A DNA stretch of 64,000 nt from an uncultured Planctomycetota bacterium (lineage in GTDB: Bacteria > Planctomycetota > Planctomycetia > Pirellulales > Lacipirellulaceae), in contig CAVRBU010000002.1 of assembly GCA_963719315.1 (NCBI GenBank), positions 1,440,001 to 1,504,000 on the forward strand, written 5' to 3'. Made by a program: the position numbers and the translations under genes. How positions within the stretch are numbered: position 1 is the first letter of the stretch; every line of letters begins with the position of its first letter. The notes under the pieces were generated by a model. That model was given only the letters and a program-made list of their open reading frames with translations, ran no database searches and was not told where the DNA came from. Below, piece after piece: positions 30,050 to 41,249 of this stretch.

Positions 30050-30668
30050 ATGGACCGCCTCACTAAGTCGGAGCGTGGTAAAATTAAGATCCTTCAACTT
30101 GTATTGTCCGCTCCGCTCTTTATCGCGATTTCGAGCAATGCCAACGCGTCAATTATTACCGGTCCGATCGTCAATCCGGCGAATGGCCACAGCTACTTCT
30201 TACTGAATGAAAACAACTGGACAAATTCGGAAGCGGAAGCGCTCACGCTCGGCGGCCACATGGCCACCATCAACGACGCTGCCGAAAACGATTGGGTTTT
30301 CGACACATTTTCTTTCTTCGGTGACATCGACCGTGATCTTTGGATCGGCTTCAGTGATGCGATCACGGAAGGTGTTTTTCTATGGTCCAGTGGCGAACCT
30401 GTGACGTATACGAACTGGCGACATTGGGGAACCGAATAACGGATTCGGGCAATTCGAGGAAGATTACGCGTTTATCGTGCGACTGAACGGTCCCTCCACA
30501 TGGAACGATGCTCCAGATGTCGAGAATGCGGGCATCTACGGCGTTGTAGAAGTGCCAAACGTGGTGCCAGAACCGGGATCCGCGAGCATTTGTCTGACGA
30601 CGAGTTGTCTCTTGCTGCACTTCATGCGCAAGAGATGGCGTGCTAAATACTCTACGTATCGGGACTAA
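30050..30668 (+). CDS. C-type lectin domain PEP-CTERM protein; apparent frameshift near 30420
   Basis: NGHSY...W..SEAEA...GGHMATIND..EN, WIG, YTNW; shifted frame gives GEPNN...WND and VPEP plus TM helix and basic tail. Confidence 0.8.
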
Positions 30669-31254
30669 TTGGCAAGCAAGTTGCATGACGATGGCTTTGA
30701 AGTGGCATCGACATGCTGACTATCCTACTCAAGTGGCAAGGCGGCCAATGGCACAATCCCCTAAGCCAATCAGACCTCATTGGACGACCGATCGAAAACC
30801 AACTTTCACGTCTTTGGCCTTTTTCCGGAATGATACGCACGCCGAGGGCTGAAATCCTCGGCGTTTATTATTGGTGTACAGGCATTTCAAAGCATCGTAT
30901 GCGGGGAAGTTTGTCTCAAATACTTGCTTTGCGTGCGTCGGTCGAATGACCGACGCAGATTCAGCAAGCTGCTAATTGCCCTCGGCTTCATCGACCGACG
31001 CAGATTCGAGATGCCCGCATTCAGGGCCGGTGCCCACAGTTTGGACAAGACTTCGATTCGTTCTCGATTAGCTTTCGCACTATTTGCGGTGGTGGACGTG
31101 CGAGTCGCACATCAGGCACTCAACTGCATTTTCTGCAACTAATCGACGGCAGACCAGTCAGCGTACAAACTCCGTGCCGCAGTTCCAGCACTTGGCTCCG
31201 GTTATTACTGCGTTACAAACCGGACAGAACGGGGAGAATAGGGGTCAGAACTAT

Positions 31255-31731
31255 TTATGGCGATAATAGCTCTGACCCCTTGATCCTTGCAAACTTTACA
31301 TATCCATCATGATCAATGGATAAAATCCAAGTCAATGACTCATCAAAAACGTCAATATCGTCGCTACCTGGATACCAAATATCGTGGAAGTGCCTGGCGA
31401 GATCAGACAATAACATACAGTCCACAACGTCGAAACGATACCAATTGATAAAGACGGATTCTTGCGGACGAATTTTGAGTGAGGAAACTAGCGCCGCAAG
31501 ATTGAAGCTATCGGCGTTCGCGGTTACATGCTCGTACGCCCTTTGCAATTTAGCGACCTCACAAACAATCGCCAAACTACTAGGGCTGCGAACATCGCTG
31601 TCATCGGGAAAGAGGCTATTCCTTAGCCGTTTTCGGATGTCATTACACGCTTCCGAACTTAGATGTTGAAGAGTCGGGAAAGACATCTCAGGATGATCCT
31701 GAGCAAAATGCTCGATCTTGAATTGATCCAC
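31255..31731 (-). CDS. Hypothetical protein, low GC, immunity-protein-like
   Basis: Clean 158 aa ORF with GAGGG RBS; C-terminal DIWYPGSDDIDVFDESLTWILSIDHDG. Confidence 0.6.
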   Translation of the reverse strand: MDQFKIEHFAQDHPEMSFPTLQHLSSEACNDIRKRLRNSLFPDDSDVRSPSSLAIVCEVAKLQRAYEHVTANADSFNLAALVSSLKIRPQESVFINWYRFDVVDCMLLSDLARHFHDIWYPGSDDIDVFDESLTWILSIDHDGYVKFARIKGSELLSP

Positions 31732-31900
31732 GTTTCCCTCTATTTTGGCTCTACGATTGGGGACGGAAATCGGACGGAAATCGAATCAGAACGATTTATT
31801 CAAATCCTGATCCCATACGTTTATTCTGCGCATGCCGTGGTTGCGGCGGCTACGCCCAGCCGCGTTCGCCCCAACGTTCGTCAGATTCGAGCACATGGTC

Positions 31901-31977
31901 AACCTCGGATTACACCGCTCGCACGGATAAGATTCAGTCTCGCAACCTGATCCGTGCCATCCGAGCTATCCGTGGTC
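31901..31977. repeat. Imperfect inverted repeat of CGGAT/ATCCG units
   Basis: AACCTCGGAT...CACGGAT pairs with ATCCGTGCCATCCGAGCTATCCGTGGT; a related half-element lies at 32159-32187. Confidence 0.5.
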
Positions 31978-32612
31978 ACAAAAAACACCGCTAACGGCCG
32001 ACGCACGTCTTCTCCGCGCGGCCAAAAATAATTGTGGATCGTGACCCACGAAAATGCTATAGTCTCATCACGCCGCACTGCGACGGCGTTCGCTCCTTGA
32101 AAATCAAATAGATCAGGCTGCGCCTGAGACGCGCGCAGCAACCTGGCCGCGCATCGGAATCCGCGCGCATCTGCGTTCATCGGCGGCAAGAATAGTCTTC
32201 CGCCGCTCGCGCCTTTTTGCCCAAAGCTGGCCGAAGGGCTGGAACAGCGTAAAACGCCGCGAAAATCGCCACATTTTCACGGCTCGACCGCTCTGGCGAA
32301 CAGCTAAATCCTGCCAGAAAACGGCTTTTTAGAGAGCAAACTCGCCTATTATTGCACGCTTCGCGCACGCCCAAACCACTGGATTTCCAGCGGTTGGTGG
32401 CCTAAGCGCCGCGCAAAAAGGAGGACTTTTGCACGCGAAAAAAAATTTTCACGCGTGTGTACAATCCTACTCCCTTGCCGCCCAACGACTTGCGAATTCC
32501 ATTGCGCGAAGCCTTCGTGCAAAACTGCACGCCGCTCGAGAGAACCGCGAATGTTTTTGCACGAAACGGCGCCAACGCTTCGAATGGAACTCGCGCAATC
32601 GCATCCCGGCTG

Positions 32613-33086
32613 CTACACGTTCATGCCGGAAAAGTCGCTCACGGAATTGAGACTTTCGACCACGCCCAGTTCGGCCACCCGGGCCGCCAGATGTCCGGCT
32701 GAAATGAAGCGGTCGAATTCCACCAGCACCGCTCGCTGCACCACGCCGCGCAGCCACTCCAACGCAGCCGCCGGCACGCCGCCACACGTCTCGGCCACGA
32801 GTTCTACGGCCAGCTCCGCCAGCTCCGCCGTGCAATCGCTGCGGTCGGTCAGCACCGTGCCGTCGAACGTGAATCGCAGCATGTTGTCAATTTCAGAGTT
32901 CGCCAGCCGATACGTGCATCGCGTGTTGTAGAGGAAGTAGGCGTTCTGGTTGTCGTGCGCGTCGATCGCCTGCAGCAATCGTTCGCAGCGGGCGCGAAAT
33001 GCCGGCGACGCATCGATCGGCACATCAACCCGCCCGATCGACCGCAGCGGCAAACAATCGAACGCGATATCGACAACAGGGTCCAT
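32613..33086 (-). CDS. Hypothetical protein
   Basis: 157 aa ORF with host-like codon usage (FDCLPLRSIGRVDVPIDASP...). Confidence 0.7.
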   Translation of the reverse strand: MDPVVDIAFDCLPLRSIGRVDVPIDASPAFRARCERLLQAIDAHDNQNAYFLYNTRCTYRLANSEIDNMLRFTFDGTVLTDRSDCTAELAELAVELVAETCGGVPAAALEWLRGVVQRAVLVEFDRFISAGHLAARVAELGVVESLNSVSDFSGMNV

Positions 33087-33330
33087 GCCCCCATTCTACC
33101 AAATTTCGGCCGAAACTTGGCAGCCTAGAGCACGGTCACGGCTGAAATCGTGGGTGGCATGCCTTCGCCGCGGCGGCGTAGGCATGATTTCACCCGAGAC
33201 ATGCTCACCCGCCGCTGCGGGAGAGCATGCCACCCATCATTTAACTCGTGACAGACTACTAGTGGTCTGTCGTTGTTCAGTAGTTAGGGGATAGCATAAC
33301 GTCTTCAGGTTTTTCACAGGAGGCGAGAAA

Positions 33331-35590
33331 ATGAACTACAACACGAAGTATGTGGTGCGGTTGACTGGGGAAGAGCGAGAGGAATTGGCGGCGGTGGTGG
33401 GACGAGGCAAGGTGGCGGCGGGCAAGCGTCGCCGAGCCCAGGTGCTGCTCAAGGCGGACGCCGGCGTCACGGGGTCGGGTCGGACCGACCAGGAGATTTG
33501 CGAAGCGTTGGACGTCAGCGTGGGATTGGTGCATGACGTGCGACAGGCGTACGTCGAGCAGGGCCTGAACGTTGCCTTGGAATGGAAGCCTAAGAGCCGG
33601 CATCGCCCTCGAAAGTTGGACGGCCAACAGGAGGCCCGCTTGATCGCCGTGGCCTGCGGACCGGCTCCGGAAGGACGCGCCCGCTGGACCTTGCGACTGC
33701 TGGCCGACAAGTTGGTCGAACTGGAGATCGTCGAGTCGATCAGCAAGGACGCCGTGCGCAGCGCACTGAAAAAAACGAGCTTAAGCCCTGGTTGAAAGAG
33801 CAGTGGGTTCTGCCTAAGCCGCATGACGCGGACTATGTTGCCGCGATGGAAGACGTTCTGGAGGTCTATCAGCGTCCCTACGACGAGCAACGGCCAGTCG
33901 TGTGCGTCGACGAAGCCACCAAGCAATTGGTGGCCGACGTCACGCCGCCGCTGCCGATGGAGCCGGGGCAGCCGGCGCGACAGGATTACGAATACGAACG
34001 GCGGGGAACAGCGAATCTGTTCATGGTCTGCGAACCTTTGGCGGGCCGCCGCCGGGTGAAGGTCACCGAACGTCGCGCGAAGGCGGATTTCGCCGACCTG
34101 CTGCGCAACATCGCCGACGAGCAGTACCCGACGGCGGAGAAGATCGTGCTGGTCATGGACAACCTGAATACGCACAAGCTGTCCGTGCTGTACGCGATCT
34201 TCCCGCCTGACGAGGCGCGACGGTTGTGGGAGCGGTTTGAAGTGCATCACACCCCCAAGCACGCCAGTTGGCTGAACATGGCGGAATGTGAATTGTCCGT
34301 GCTGGGAAGGCAGTGCCTGGACCAACGGATCGATTCCCGAGCCCGCCTGGAGAGCGAAGTTCACGCATGGGAACAACCCCCCCGCAACCAACAACCAGTC
34401 CGCGTCGACTGGCAATTCACCGCCGCCGATGCCAGGATCAAGATAACTACGCGCAGCAATGAGAATTTGAATGCTGAAATTGAGTATGAGGGATTTGAGG
34501 GGTTGGTGTGGCGGGTTGAGAGGTGGCGATTGTTTCTTGGATGGGGCTTGAAACTCTTGAAATCCGGGATGGTAACGCCCATAGATGGCCGCGCTTGATG
34601 AACTTCCAAAGCGTTCGATGAGGTTCAGGTTCGGCGAGTAGGAGGGCAGGAACAGCAGCGTGATTTCCAGTTGCGTCGCCAACGCTTGCACCGCGGCGTT
34701 ACGTTGGTAGCGAGGGTTGTCCAGCACCAACGTGATCGGTCGGCGAGACCGAGGGCAGCGATCTTCCGCAACAGCTCGCACATCGTTTCAGTGTTGACGA
34801 CCGTGGTGTTGGTCACGCTTACCAGTTCGCGGGTCACGGCGTTCCAGGCTCCCAGGACATTGAACCGCTGGCGGCCCGAGGCGGCCCGCACGAAGATTCG
34901 CGTGAACGACCACAAGCAGCACAGGAACGTCCCGTACACAAAGTGGGCCGCATCGACGAAGAAGACGTGTCCCCGCCCTCGGGCGGCGGCGTCGAGGCGG
35001 GGCTTCAGTTGAACGTCGTGAAACAGGGCCTGCACGGCGACTGCTGGGCCAAGTTTTTTTGGGCGGCACGGGGAGCGCCCGGACCCGCTGCCACTTGAGT
35101 CCCATGTCTTTCAGGAACTTGCGAGTTTGCGACAGTCCCGCCGCAGGCCGGTCAGTTGGTAAATGCGTTCGCAAGCTTCAGCGGTCGTGCGGACCGGCTG
35201 GTTCTCGAACAACGCGCGGATCCGTCGCGATAGGCGGCCAAGTCGCTCACGGGCCCTTGCACATTCCACCGCCGCAGACCCTCCAACCCGCCATCACGAT
35301 AGGCCGCAACGTACCGCCCGACGGTCGCCACTCCGACCCCCGCCAATTTCGCCGCCTGGGATAGCTTCAAACCACACTGCAGCGACCACAACACCAGCAT
35401 CTTGCGGCGGACATGCGACCCGGATGAGACTCCAGCTCGGCGCGACAATTAGCTGTTCTCTTCGTCAATGGATAGAAAAAGCATGAAGCTTGAGCAACAG
35501 CATTCTGATGGGAATAAGGGTGAAAAAATAGTAGGGAAAGATATATAGAGGTATAAACGACTTTATCCCGTACTAGCACCCGTCAACTAA
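33331..35590 (+). pseudogene. Outer IS630 transposase: orfA 33331-33795 plus orfB via A7C slippery site; C-terminus displaced by nested insertion
   Basis: HTH orfA ends at LKKT (GAAAAAAAC). orfB has CVDEA, VMDNLNTH and HASWLNMAE, breaks at DARIK (34443) and resumes as KRLYPVLAPVN-stop ending 35590. Confidence 0.85.
34446..35553 (-). mobile_element. Inner IS630-family element, multiply frameshifted
   Basis: Fragments FFVDAAHF, SGRQRFNVLGA, LVLDNPRYQ, LPSYSPNLNLIER and a PVPPKKT slippery site; TA at both junctions. Boundaries approximate. Confidence 0.8.
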
Positions 35591-35604
35591 ATCGAGACAG
35601 ACCA

Positions 35605-37572
35605 CTAGGGCGTGGGCAACTCGGCGTGCTTGCTATGGCGATCCAACCCAATCACCAGCCAGCCGTCTTTGCTCGAAAACTGGTGATAATCCAGCGGCCC
35701 CGACTGGGCAAGTTTCCCCTCGGGCTTTACCGGGTCGAACTCGATCGTCTGCGGAAAGCCCTTGCCCTGGGCCGATCGTTTGTCGAACTCCTTTTCGAGG
35801 TTGGCTCGCTCGGCCGTTTGCTGCGTGTCCAGCTTACCGCTGAAGTCCGACGGCAGCATGACGAGCTTGCCTTCGCGATGCAACGCGACGTGGCCGTCCT
35901 TGAGTTCCGGCGCGTAGGTGCCCGTCACGTCCCAGTCGGCAAACGACTTGTCGCCCGTATTCAGCTCGGAGATGTGGAGCGTGAGCTGAACCTTGTCGTC
36001 CGTGAACTTGACGCTCAGCGGCCGGCCATCGCGCAACGTCATTGCATATTCCTTGAAGGCCTCGTCCTTGGCCGCCGCGTCGTCGGTGGCTTCCGTCTTG
36101 CGATTGTTCCACATCCGCTTCATCCATTTCGGAAGTTCGACATTGAACTTGAGATCCTCATCCGGCGTGGTCTGCGTCGCGGTCGCGCCGCCCAGCAGGC
36201 TGGCCGAGTAGTTGTTTACCGCCGACTCGTGCAACCGCATCGTCATATCGTGCGATTCGCCCGCCGCCGGCGGAGCGCCTTGGGCCCCCAGCTGCGAGCG
36301 GTTCGCCTGCGTGACCTCCACGTTCAACGAGCTCTTGCCCGTGCTGAACCGAATATGTTCGGGCACTTCGCCGCGTCGCTCGAGCGGCCGGCGATACTCG
36401 TCCTCATATCGCTGCCGCAGCTTGCTGACTTCGTCGTTTACTTCGTCATTGAAATGATCCTGAATACGATCCTCGGCATGGTCGGAGGCGATCGCTTCCG
36501 CCTGGTGTTCGCTCTGCCTCGCCCGGTTCCAACCAATCCGCGAAACAAGCCGGCTGCCCAAGCCGCCGCCCTGTTTGGAGACCGAATGAAAGTGAGTATC
36601 CGTCGTGGCACTCGCTCGGGCCGGCTGGCCGACAAACGCCGCATCGCTCATTTCCACCCGCTTCGTCGCCGTGAAATCGGTATCCGACGTACTGCGAATG
36701 ACGGCCGGGCTGTGGTATCCGACGTTGTCCGACCAGGTGTGCCCTTGCGAACTGAACTCGAGCACCGCTTTGTTGTCCGACGGAATAGTCACCACGCCGG
36801 CGCTGCCGGTGGTGTGCGCATCGCCGTGAATGTTCGTGCCCAGAATGCAGTCGGTGATCGCCTCGGATCGGTTGACCGGATCGATACCGGCGGCGATCAG
36901 CGACGTTGTGATGCTCACGAACGCATTCGGGTGGTCCATTTCCGAACGCACCGCCTGCACCAACTCCGGCGACTGGCCGATGCTGTCCAGGATTCGAATC
37001 CGCTCGCTAAGTTCCATCTCCGTTTTCGGCGTCGGTTCCTTGCGGTACGCGTCGAGCGCCTGCTGCAAAGCGCCGAGTTGCTGATTGTAGACCTCTGCCG
37101 GTTTATCCAGCAGCGCGAGGGCGAGTGTATCGTGATAATGTCGCAATGCTTTGGCCAAGCCGCGGAACCGGCGGTGCTCCAGGCCGCTGACGTTGCGATT
37201 CAATTTCTCGAGCGTAGCATCCACCGCCTCGACGTTCATCGGCTGCTCCTCGTTCACTTGCTGCTTGAGCGCGTCCCACTTCAAATAACGCAGCCAGCGC
37301 TGCCCGTTCTGCGACGACGGCTGGACGAATCGTTCGATCTCGTTCATTTGCTTTTGCAGATCCGCCCGCGCGGCCGACACTTGCTGTTCACTTGCCGGCT
37401 TGAAATTGCTGCGGGCTTTTTCGACCAGCCCGCCAACATCCGGCAGATCCTCCGCCACAGCGGCCGCCCCAAACGCCAGTGCGGCAAGGGCCCACGCGGC
37501 GAAGGCGATTCGGCATCGAACCAAGCAACGAAAGCGGTAAAATACCTGTCGAGGGTCAACGTAGAGATACAT
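35605..37572 (-). CDS. Secreted hypothetical protein (helical N-half, long beta-rich C-half)
   Basis: Own ATG and signal peptide (...ALAFGAAAVA-EDL) inside the artefactually fused 1302 aa ORF. Confidence 0.75.
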   Translation of the reverse strand: MYLYVDPRQVFYRFRCLVRCRIAFAAWALAALAFGAAAVAEDLPDVGGLVEKARSNFKPASEQQVSAARADLQKQMNEIERFVQPSSQNGQRWLRYLKWDALKQQVNEEQPMNVEAVDATLEKLNRNVSGLEHRRFRGLAKALRHYHDTLALALLDKPAEVYNQQLGALQQALDAYRKEPTPKTEMELSERIRILDSIGQSPELVQAVRSEMDHPNAFVSITTSLIAAGIDPVNRSEAITDCILGTNIHGDAHTTGSAGVVTIPSDNKAVLEFSSQGHTWSDNVGYHSPAVIRSTSDTDFTATKRVEMSDAAFVGQPARASATTDTHFHSVSKQGGGLGSRLVSRIGWNRARQSEHQAEAIASDHAEDRIQDHFNDEVNDEVSKLRQRYEDEYRRPLERRGEVPEHIRFSTGKSSLNVEVTQANRSQLGAQGAPPAAGESHDMTMRLHESAVNNYSASLLGGATATQTTPDEDLKFNVELPKWMKRMWNNRKTEATDDAAAKDEAFKEYAMTLRDGRPLSVKFTDDKVQLTLHISELNTGDKSFADWDVTGTYAPELKDGHVALHREGKLVMLPSDFSGKLDTQQTAERANLEKEFDKRSAQGKGFPQTIEFDPVKPEGKLAQSGPLDYHQFSSKDGWLVIGLDRHSKHAELPTP

Positions 37573-37849
37573 CGAAAAATCCTTTCCTTCGCGGCAAACG
37601 CGGAGTTCCCCGCCCAATCTAGGGCGGCTCGAGGCCCGAAGATGGCCGCGATTGTTAAAACATAGACGCCGACACCGACGCCGGCACATTGGGCGCTCTG
37701 CGACGCACAAAAGACTCCCTGGTCGGCCGCAGAGTTTCACCAATCTACGCCAACTGCCTCTGTCCTGTCCAGCCGCCGGCAGGTGCATTTCACCAGTAGA
37801 ACTGCCTACGCCGCAACAGGCTAGGCAATCTGGCGAGTTTCTGGGCCAC

Positions 37850-39513
37850 CTATTTCCCGTCGCGGAGCATCTGGAAATATTGCTCTGCGTGTTCGCGCCG
37901 GCTGTTCGGCAGCCGTTCGCTCGTAAGCGGGTCGGCCGGCTCGGCATCAACGTGGCCATTTCTTCCTTAATGCTCTGCCCCACTTCGCCCTTGATGTTTG
38001 GGCCTTCGACTAGCCCGCCGAAAGTGGCCGCTCCACGGCGCGGATTCGTGCGCACCTGCGAATCTCGCAGATTGGTGGCGTTCCGTTCCTCGGGCCGCTC
38101 GCCGATGCCGACTCCTTGTCCCATACCTCGGCCCGGTTTGCCATTCATGTTCTTACCACCATTGTTGGCCATATTACCCATGCAATGTTCGCAGCCTTCG
38201 CCGTTGCAGAACTTGCAGCCCATCGCGTCCTTGGTCATTTCAAGCTGGTCCATGGCCGCGTTGAGCATCTCCATCTCGTTCATGTCTTGTTGCATCTGGT
38301 CGAGCTGCTTTGCCATTTGGGCCATCGCGTCGGCGGCCTTTTGGCCGTCGCCCTGCTTAAGACATTGCTGGCACTGGCCCATCTGCTGGGCGAGCTGCTG
38401 CAGCTTATTCATTTGCGCCTGCTGCTTTTGAAGTTGGTCGAGCTTCTGCTGCAAGTCGCCGGCTTTGGCCAAGTTGCCTTGTTTCTTCTGCTGCTCGATT
38501 TGCTTCTTCAAATCTTCCATCGCTTGTAGATGATTTTGGGCGGCGGCCTCGAGCTTCTGCTTCATTTGCTCAAGTTGCTTGGCGAGTTGCTCCTTGGTGG
38601 CCGCGTCCATCTTGCCTTCGCGCAGTTCTTTGGCGAGCTTCTCGACTTCGTCGAGCGCCTTTTTGAAGTCGCCTTGCTTGAGAGCTTCGGCCGCCTTCTC
38701 CGCCGGGCCGGCGCCGAGATTCTTCATCTTCTGGAACTGCTCTTTAAGCCCGTCTTTGCCGCCGAGCTGCTGCCGCCGCTCTTCGAGTTGCTTGGCCAAA
38801 TCGTTGAGCTTGACGGCCGCCTTCGTCGGATCCATCTTCTGCTTTTCCGCCAATTCGCGCGTGCCTTGTTCGATTTGCTTAAACAGACCATCAGCCTTCT
38901 GGAGATTCTTGTCCTTGTCGAGCTTCGCTCGCTGTTCTTCCATCTTCTTGCGGAGCGATTCAAGCGCCGTCTTGGTTTGCTGAGCAGTCTTCGCGGCGGA
39001 AGCGGAATCAAGGCTGCTCTCCGCGTGACGATTGTCGACGAACGCGACAAGCACGAACACGATCGCCGCCGGCACGAGCGGCCACAATGCTCGCCGGCCG
39101 AGTTGCAAGCGGAATTTGTCATCGACGTTGATACGATTCACGGCCCGCAAGGCGTCGCTCACGACGGCGCGGCCGGCCTCGCTCGACTGCTCGTCCGGCG
39201 ACAGCGACAAGCTGCTCGCGATGCGTTCCCGCAAATCGAACCGGCGGTCGATCTCGATCGCGGCATCGAGCGGGCTGCGGTTGGAAAAGACCGTCCACGC
39301 AATCGCCGCCAGCAGTGCGCCAGCCAGGCCACCTGCCAGCCAACCGAGGTCCCATCGCTCGGGCAGGTTCTCGATTGCAATGACTCGCGGCACGGCGACC
39401 GCGATGGCGGCGACAATCATCGCCGCGAGCACGCACGCCACCAGGCGTCCCAAGAATTGTTCGGTAATGAGCCGCCGCCGAGCACGCGCAACTTGCTTGC
39501 GAAGCTGATCCAT
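37850..39513 (-). CDS. Membrane-anchored Gln/Lys-rich coiled-coil protein with CxxCxGxGCxxC motif; apparent frameshift near 37945
   Basis: 3 TM helices, AIEIDRRFDLRERIASSL, long coiled coil, CKFCNGEGCEHC. Shifted frame ends DPLTSERLPNSRREHAEQYFQMLRDGK-stop. Confidence 0.75.
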
Positions 39514-39706
39514 GACGAAGTCCTCGCTACACCGGGATTGGACGCCGACCCCAGGATTATACCGCAGGGAGAGCGGGGTGTCACTTTCAGCAAAGCAGAA
39601 AGCGGAATGCAGGATACGGGGGACAGGGAACCTTTTTGGGACGTTCCGCTAACAGTCTCCCGTCTCCTGCATTCTCGGCGGTCGCGATATAATGGAATCA
39701 GCCAAT

Positions 39707-40153
39707 ATGCCGTCAAAGAATGCTACTCCGTCTGCTGCCGAAAACCTGCCAACGCCCGCGGAGCGGCCGGATAGCGACGTCGTCATCTACGACGGCCACT
39801 GTCGCATCTGCACCGCCCAGGTCCGCAAGCTACCGTGGTGGGATTGTCAGAAGAAGCTCTCGTACTTGTCGCTGCACGATCCGGATGTCGCCCAGCGCTG
39901 GCCCGATCTATCTCACGATCGGATGATGCAGGAGATGGTGATCGTCGACCACAGTGGCCGTCGGCATTGGGGCCCCGAGGCGATCCGCTATCTTTCGCGC
40001 CGTCTGCGCCGTCTTTTTTGGGCGTCGCCTTTCCTGCACTTTCCGGGCAGCATGCTTCTGTGGCGCCCGCTCTACCGCTGGATCGCCCGCAACCGCTATC
40101 GCCTTAGTGGTGGGCCTTCATGTGACGAAGGCACGTGTTCGGTGCATCGCTAA
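39707..40153 (+). CDS. DCC1-like thiol-disulfide oxidoreductase (DUF393)
   Basis: VIYDGHCRIC (DxxCxxC) and LYRWIARNRYRL; TATAAT just upstream. Confidence 0.88.
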   Translation: MPSKNATPSAAENLPTPAERPDSDVVIYDGHCRICTAQVRKLPWWDCQKKLSYLSLHDPDVAQRWPDLSHDRMMQEMVIVDHSGRRHWGPEAIRYLSRRLRRLFWASPFLHFPGSMLLWRPLYRWIARNRYRLSGGPSCDEGTCSVHR

Positions 40154-41220
40154 TCGTCGCGATTCGTTCTTTCCAGGCGATATCCGTTAGCACGTAGGAA
40201 CAGCAGCAGGGCGGCCAAGAGGGCAGCGTCGAGGCACAACCAGGAAGTCCAGCTCACATCCGTTGAGAAGAGATAATGCATCACGTTGTCGTATCGTCGC
40301 GGATTGTTCATTAGTACGGAATGCATGTATCTGGCATACTGACTAACACCAATGCTTAGCGAGAATGCAACACAGAGCAGGACAGTTAGGCGTAATATGA
40401 GTGCACCACTGCTTAGCGCCGCCCAGATTGCGGTCAGATTGATTGTCGCCACAACTATCGCGAGTAGAACAGCCTGAAACGTACCCGGTTCACCGAGGCT
40501 TTTCAAAACCACGATATCGATACCGCGTCCAATGAGAAGCATTGGGACCATTGCCGTTGCCCAAAACAACATGTGCTTCACACCGAATTGGTAGGAACGG
40601 AGCGAATTGGGACGACCGGAATTCGTCGAACTGTTCTCGGCTTTACACAGCGAAAATCCGAGCAAACGTAAGCTGGCGCATAAAATAACGACGACGATTG
40701 CTGTCAGCACCCAAAGCACGAACCACCCGCACGAGTACCAGCCGTAAGGAGTCCGGATGAAGATCCGGGCAAATCCCCACACAGCAGCCGCGACAGCAAG
40801 AACTCCCGGCAGCCGCCATTGCCAACTGGAGGTTTCCAGTATCGCCCACAGAACGACTAGACTGATTTGAGCTGATACAAGAACGAACGCGTATTGAATA
40901 TCGACGGTGCTGCCAAGGCACGCCGCGATCGTCAAGATGTCCAACAGTGCGCAGCACCAGGCGAAGATGAGCCAACTCAGCCATATCGGCCACAAGTAGC
41001 GGCCAGCACACCAACTCAACACGGCCGTACACAGTACGAGCCAAGGGTAGAACCAGAACTGGAGATGGATAGGCGACGCTAATATCAAGATCGCCTGGCT
41101 CGATAGCGCCACGACTGCCGGGAGCAAAACGGCGAAGAGTAAGAGACAACGGCGGCTGGGAAGCGTCGACGCGTTGATACCTTCAATGTTGCGGTCGAAG
41201 TCGGTGCTGTTATCCGTCAT
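40150..41220 (-). CDS. Hypothetical multi-pass membrane protein
   Basis: About 10 hydrophobic segments; QFGVKHMLFW motif. Confidence 0.7.
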   Translation of the reverse strand: MTDNSTDFDRNIEGINASTLPSRRCLLLFAVLLPAVVALSSQAILILASPIHLQFWFYPWLVLCTAVLSWCAGRYLWPIWLSWLIFAWCCALLDILTIAACLGSTVDIQYAFVLVSAQISLVVLWAILETSSWQWRLPGVLAVAAAVWGFARIFIRTPYGWYSCGWFVLWVLTAIVVVILCASLRLLGFSLCKAENSSTNSGRPNSLRSYQFGVKHMLFWATAMVPMLLIGRGIDIVVLKSLGEPGTFQAVLLAIVVATINLTAIWAALSSGALILRLTVLLCVAFSLSIGVSQYARYMHSVLMNNPRRYDNVMHYLFSTDVSWTSWLCLDAALLAALLLFLRANGYRLERTNRDD

Positions 41221-41249
41221 TTCATTTCCGCGCCGCATCGCTGAAATCG

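Larger units (their letters stand above)
33260..35607 (+). mobile_element. IS630-family element (outer), interrupted by a second IS630
   Basis: Inverted ends TAGTGGTCTGTC (33260) and GACAGACCACTA (35596-35607), both in CTAG context. Confidence 0.85.

Noticed and set aside
30948..31007. 15-bp direct repeat GACCGACGCAGATTC
   Set aside because: Only two copies with no associated feature; likely a local duplication in decaying DNA.
35605..39513. 1302-aa ORF as a novel fusion protein
   Set aside because: A frameshift near 37945 bypasses the real stop at 37850; the downstream part has its own ATG and signal peptide.
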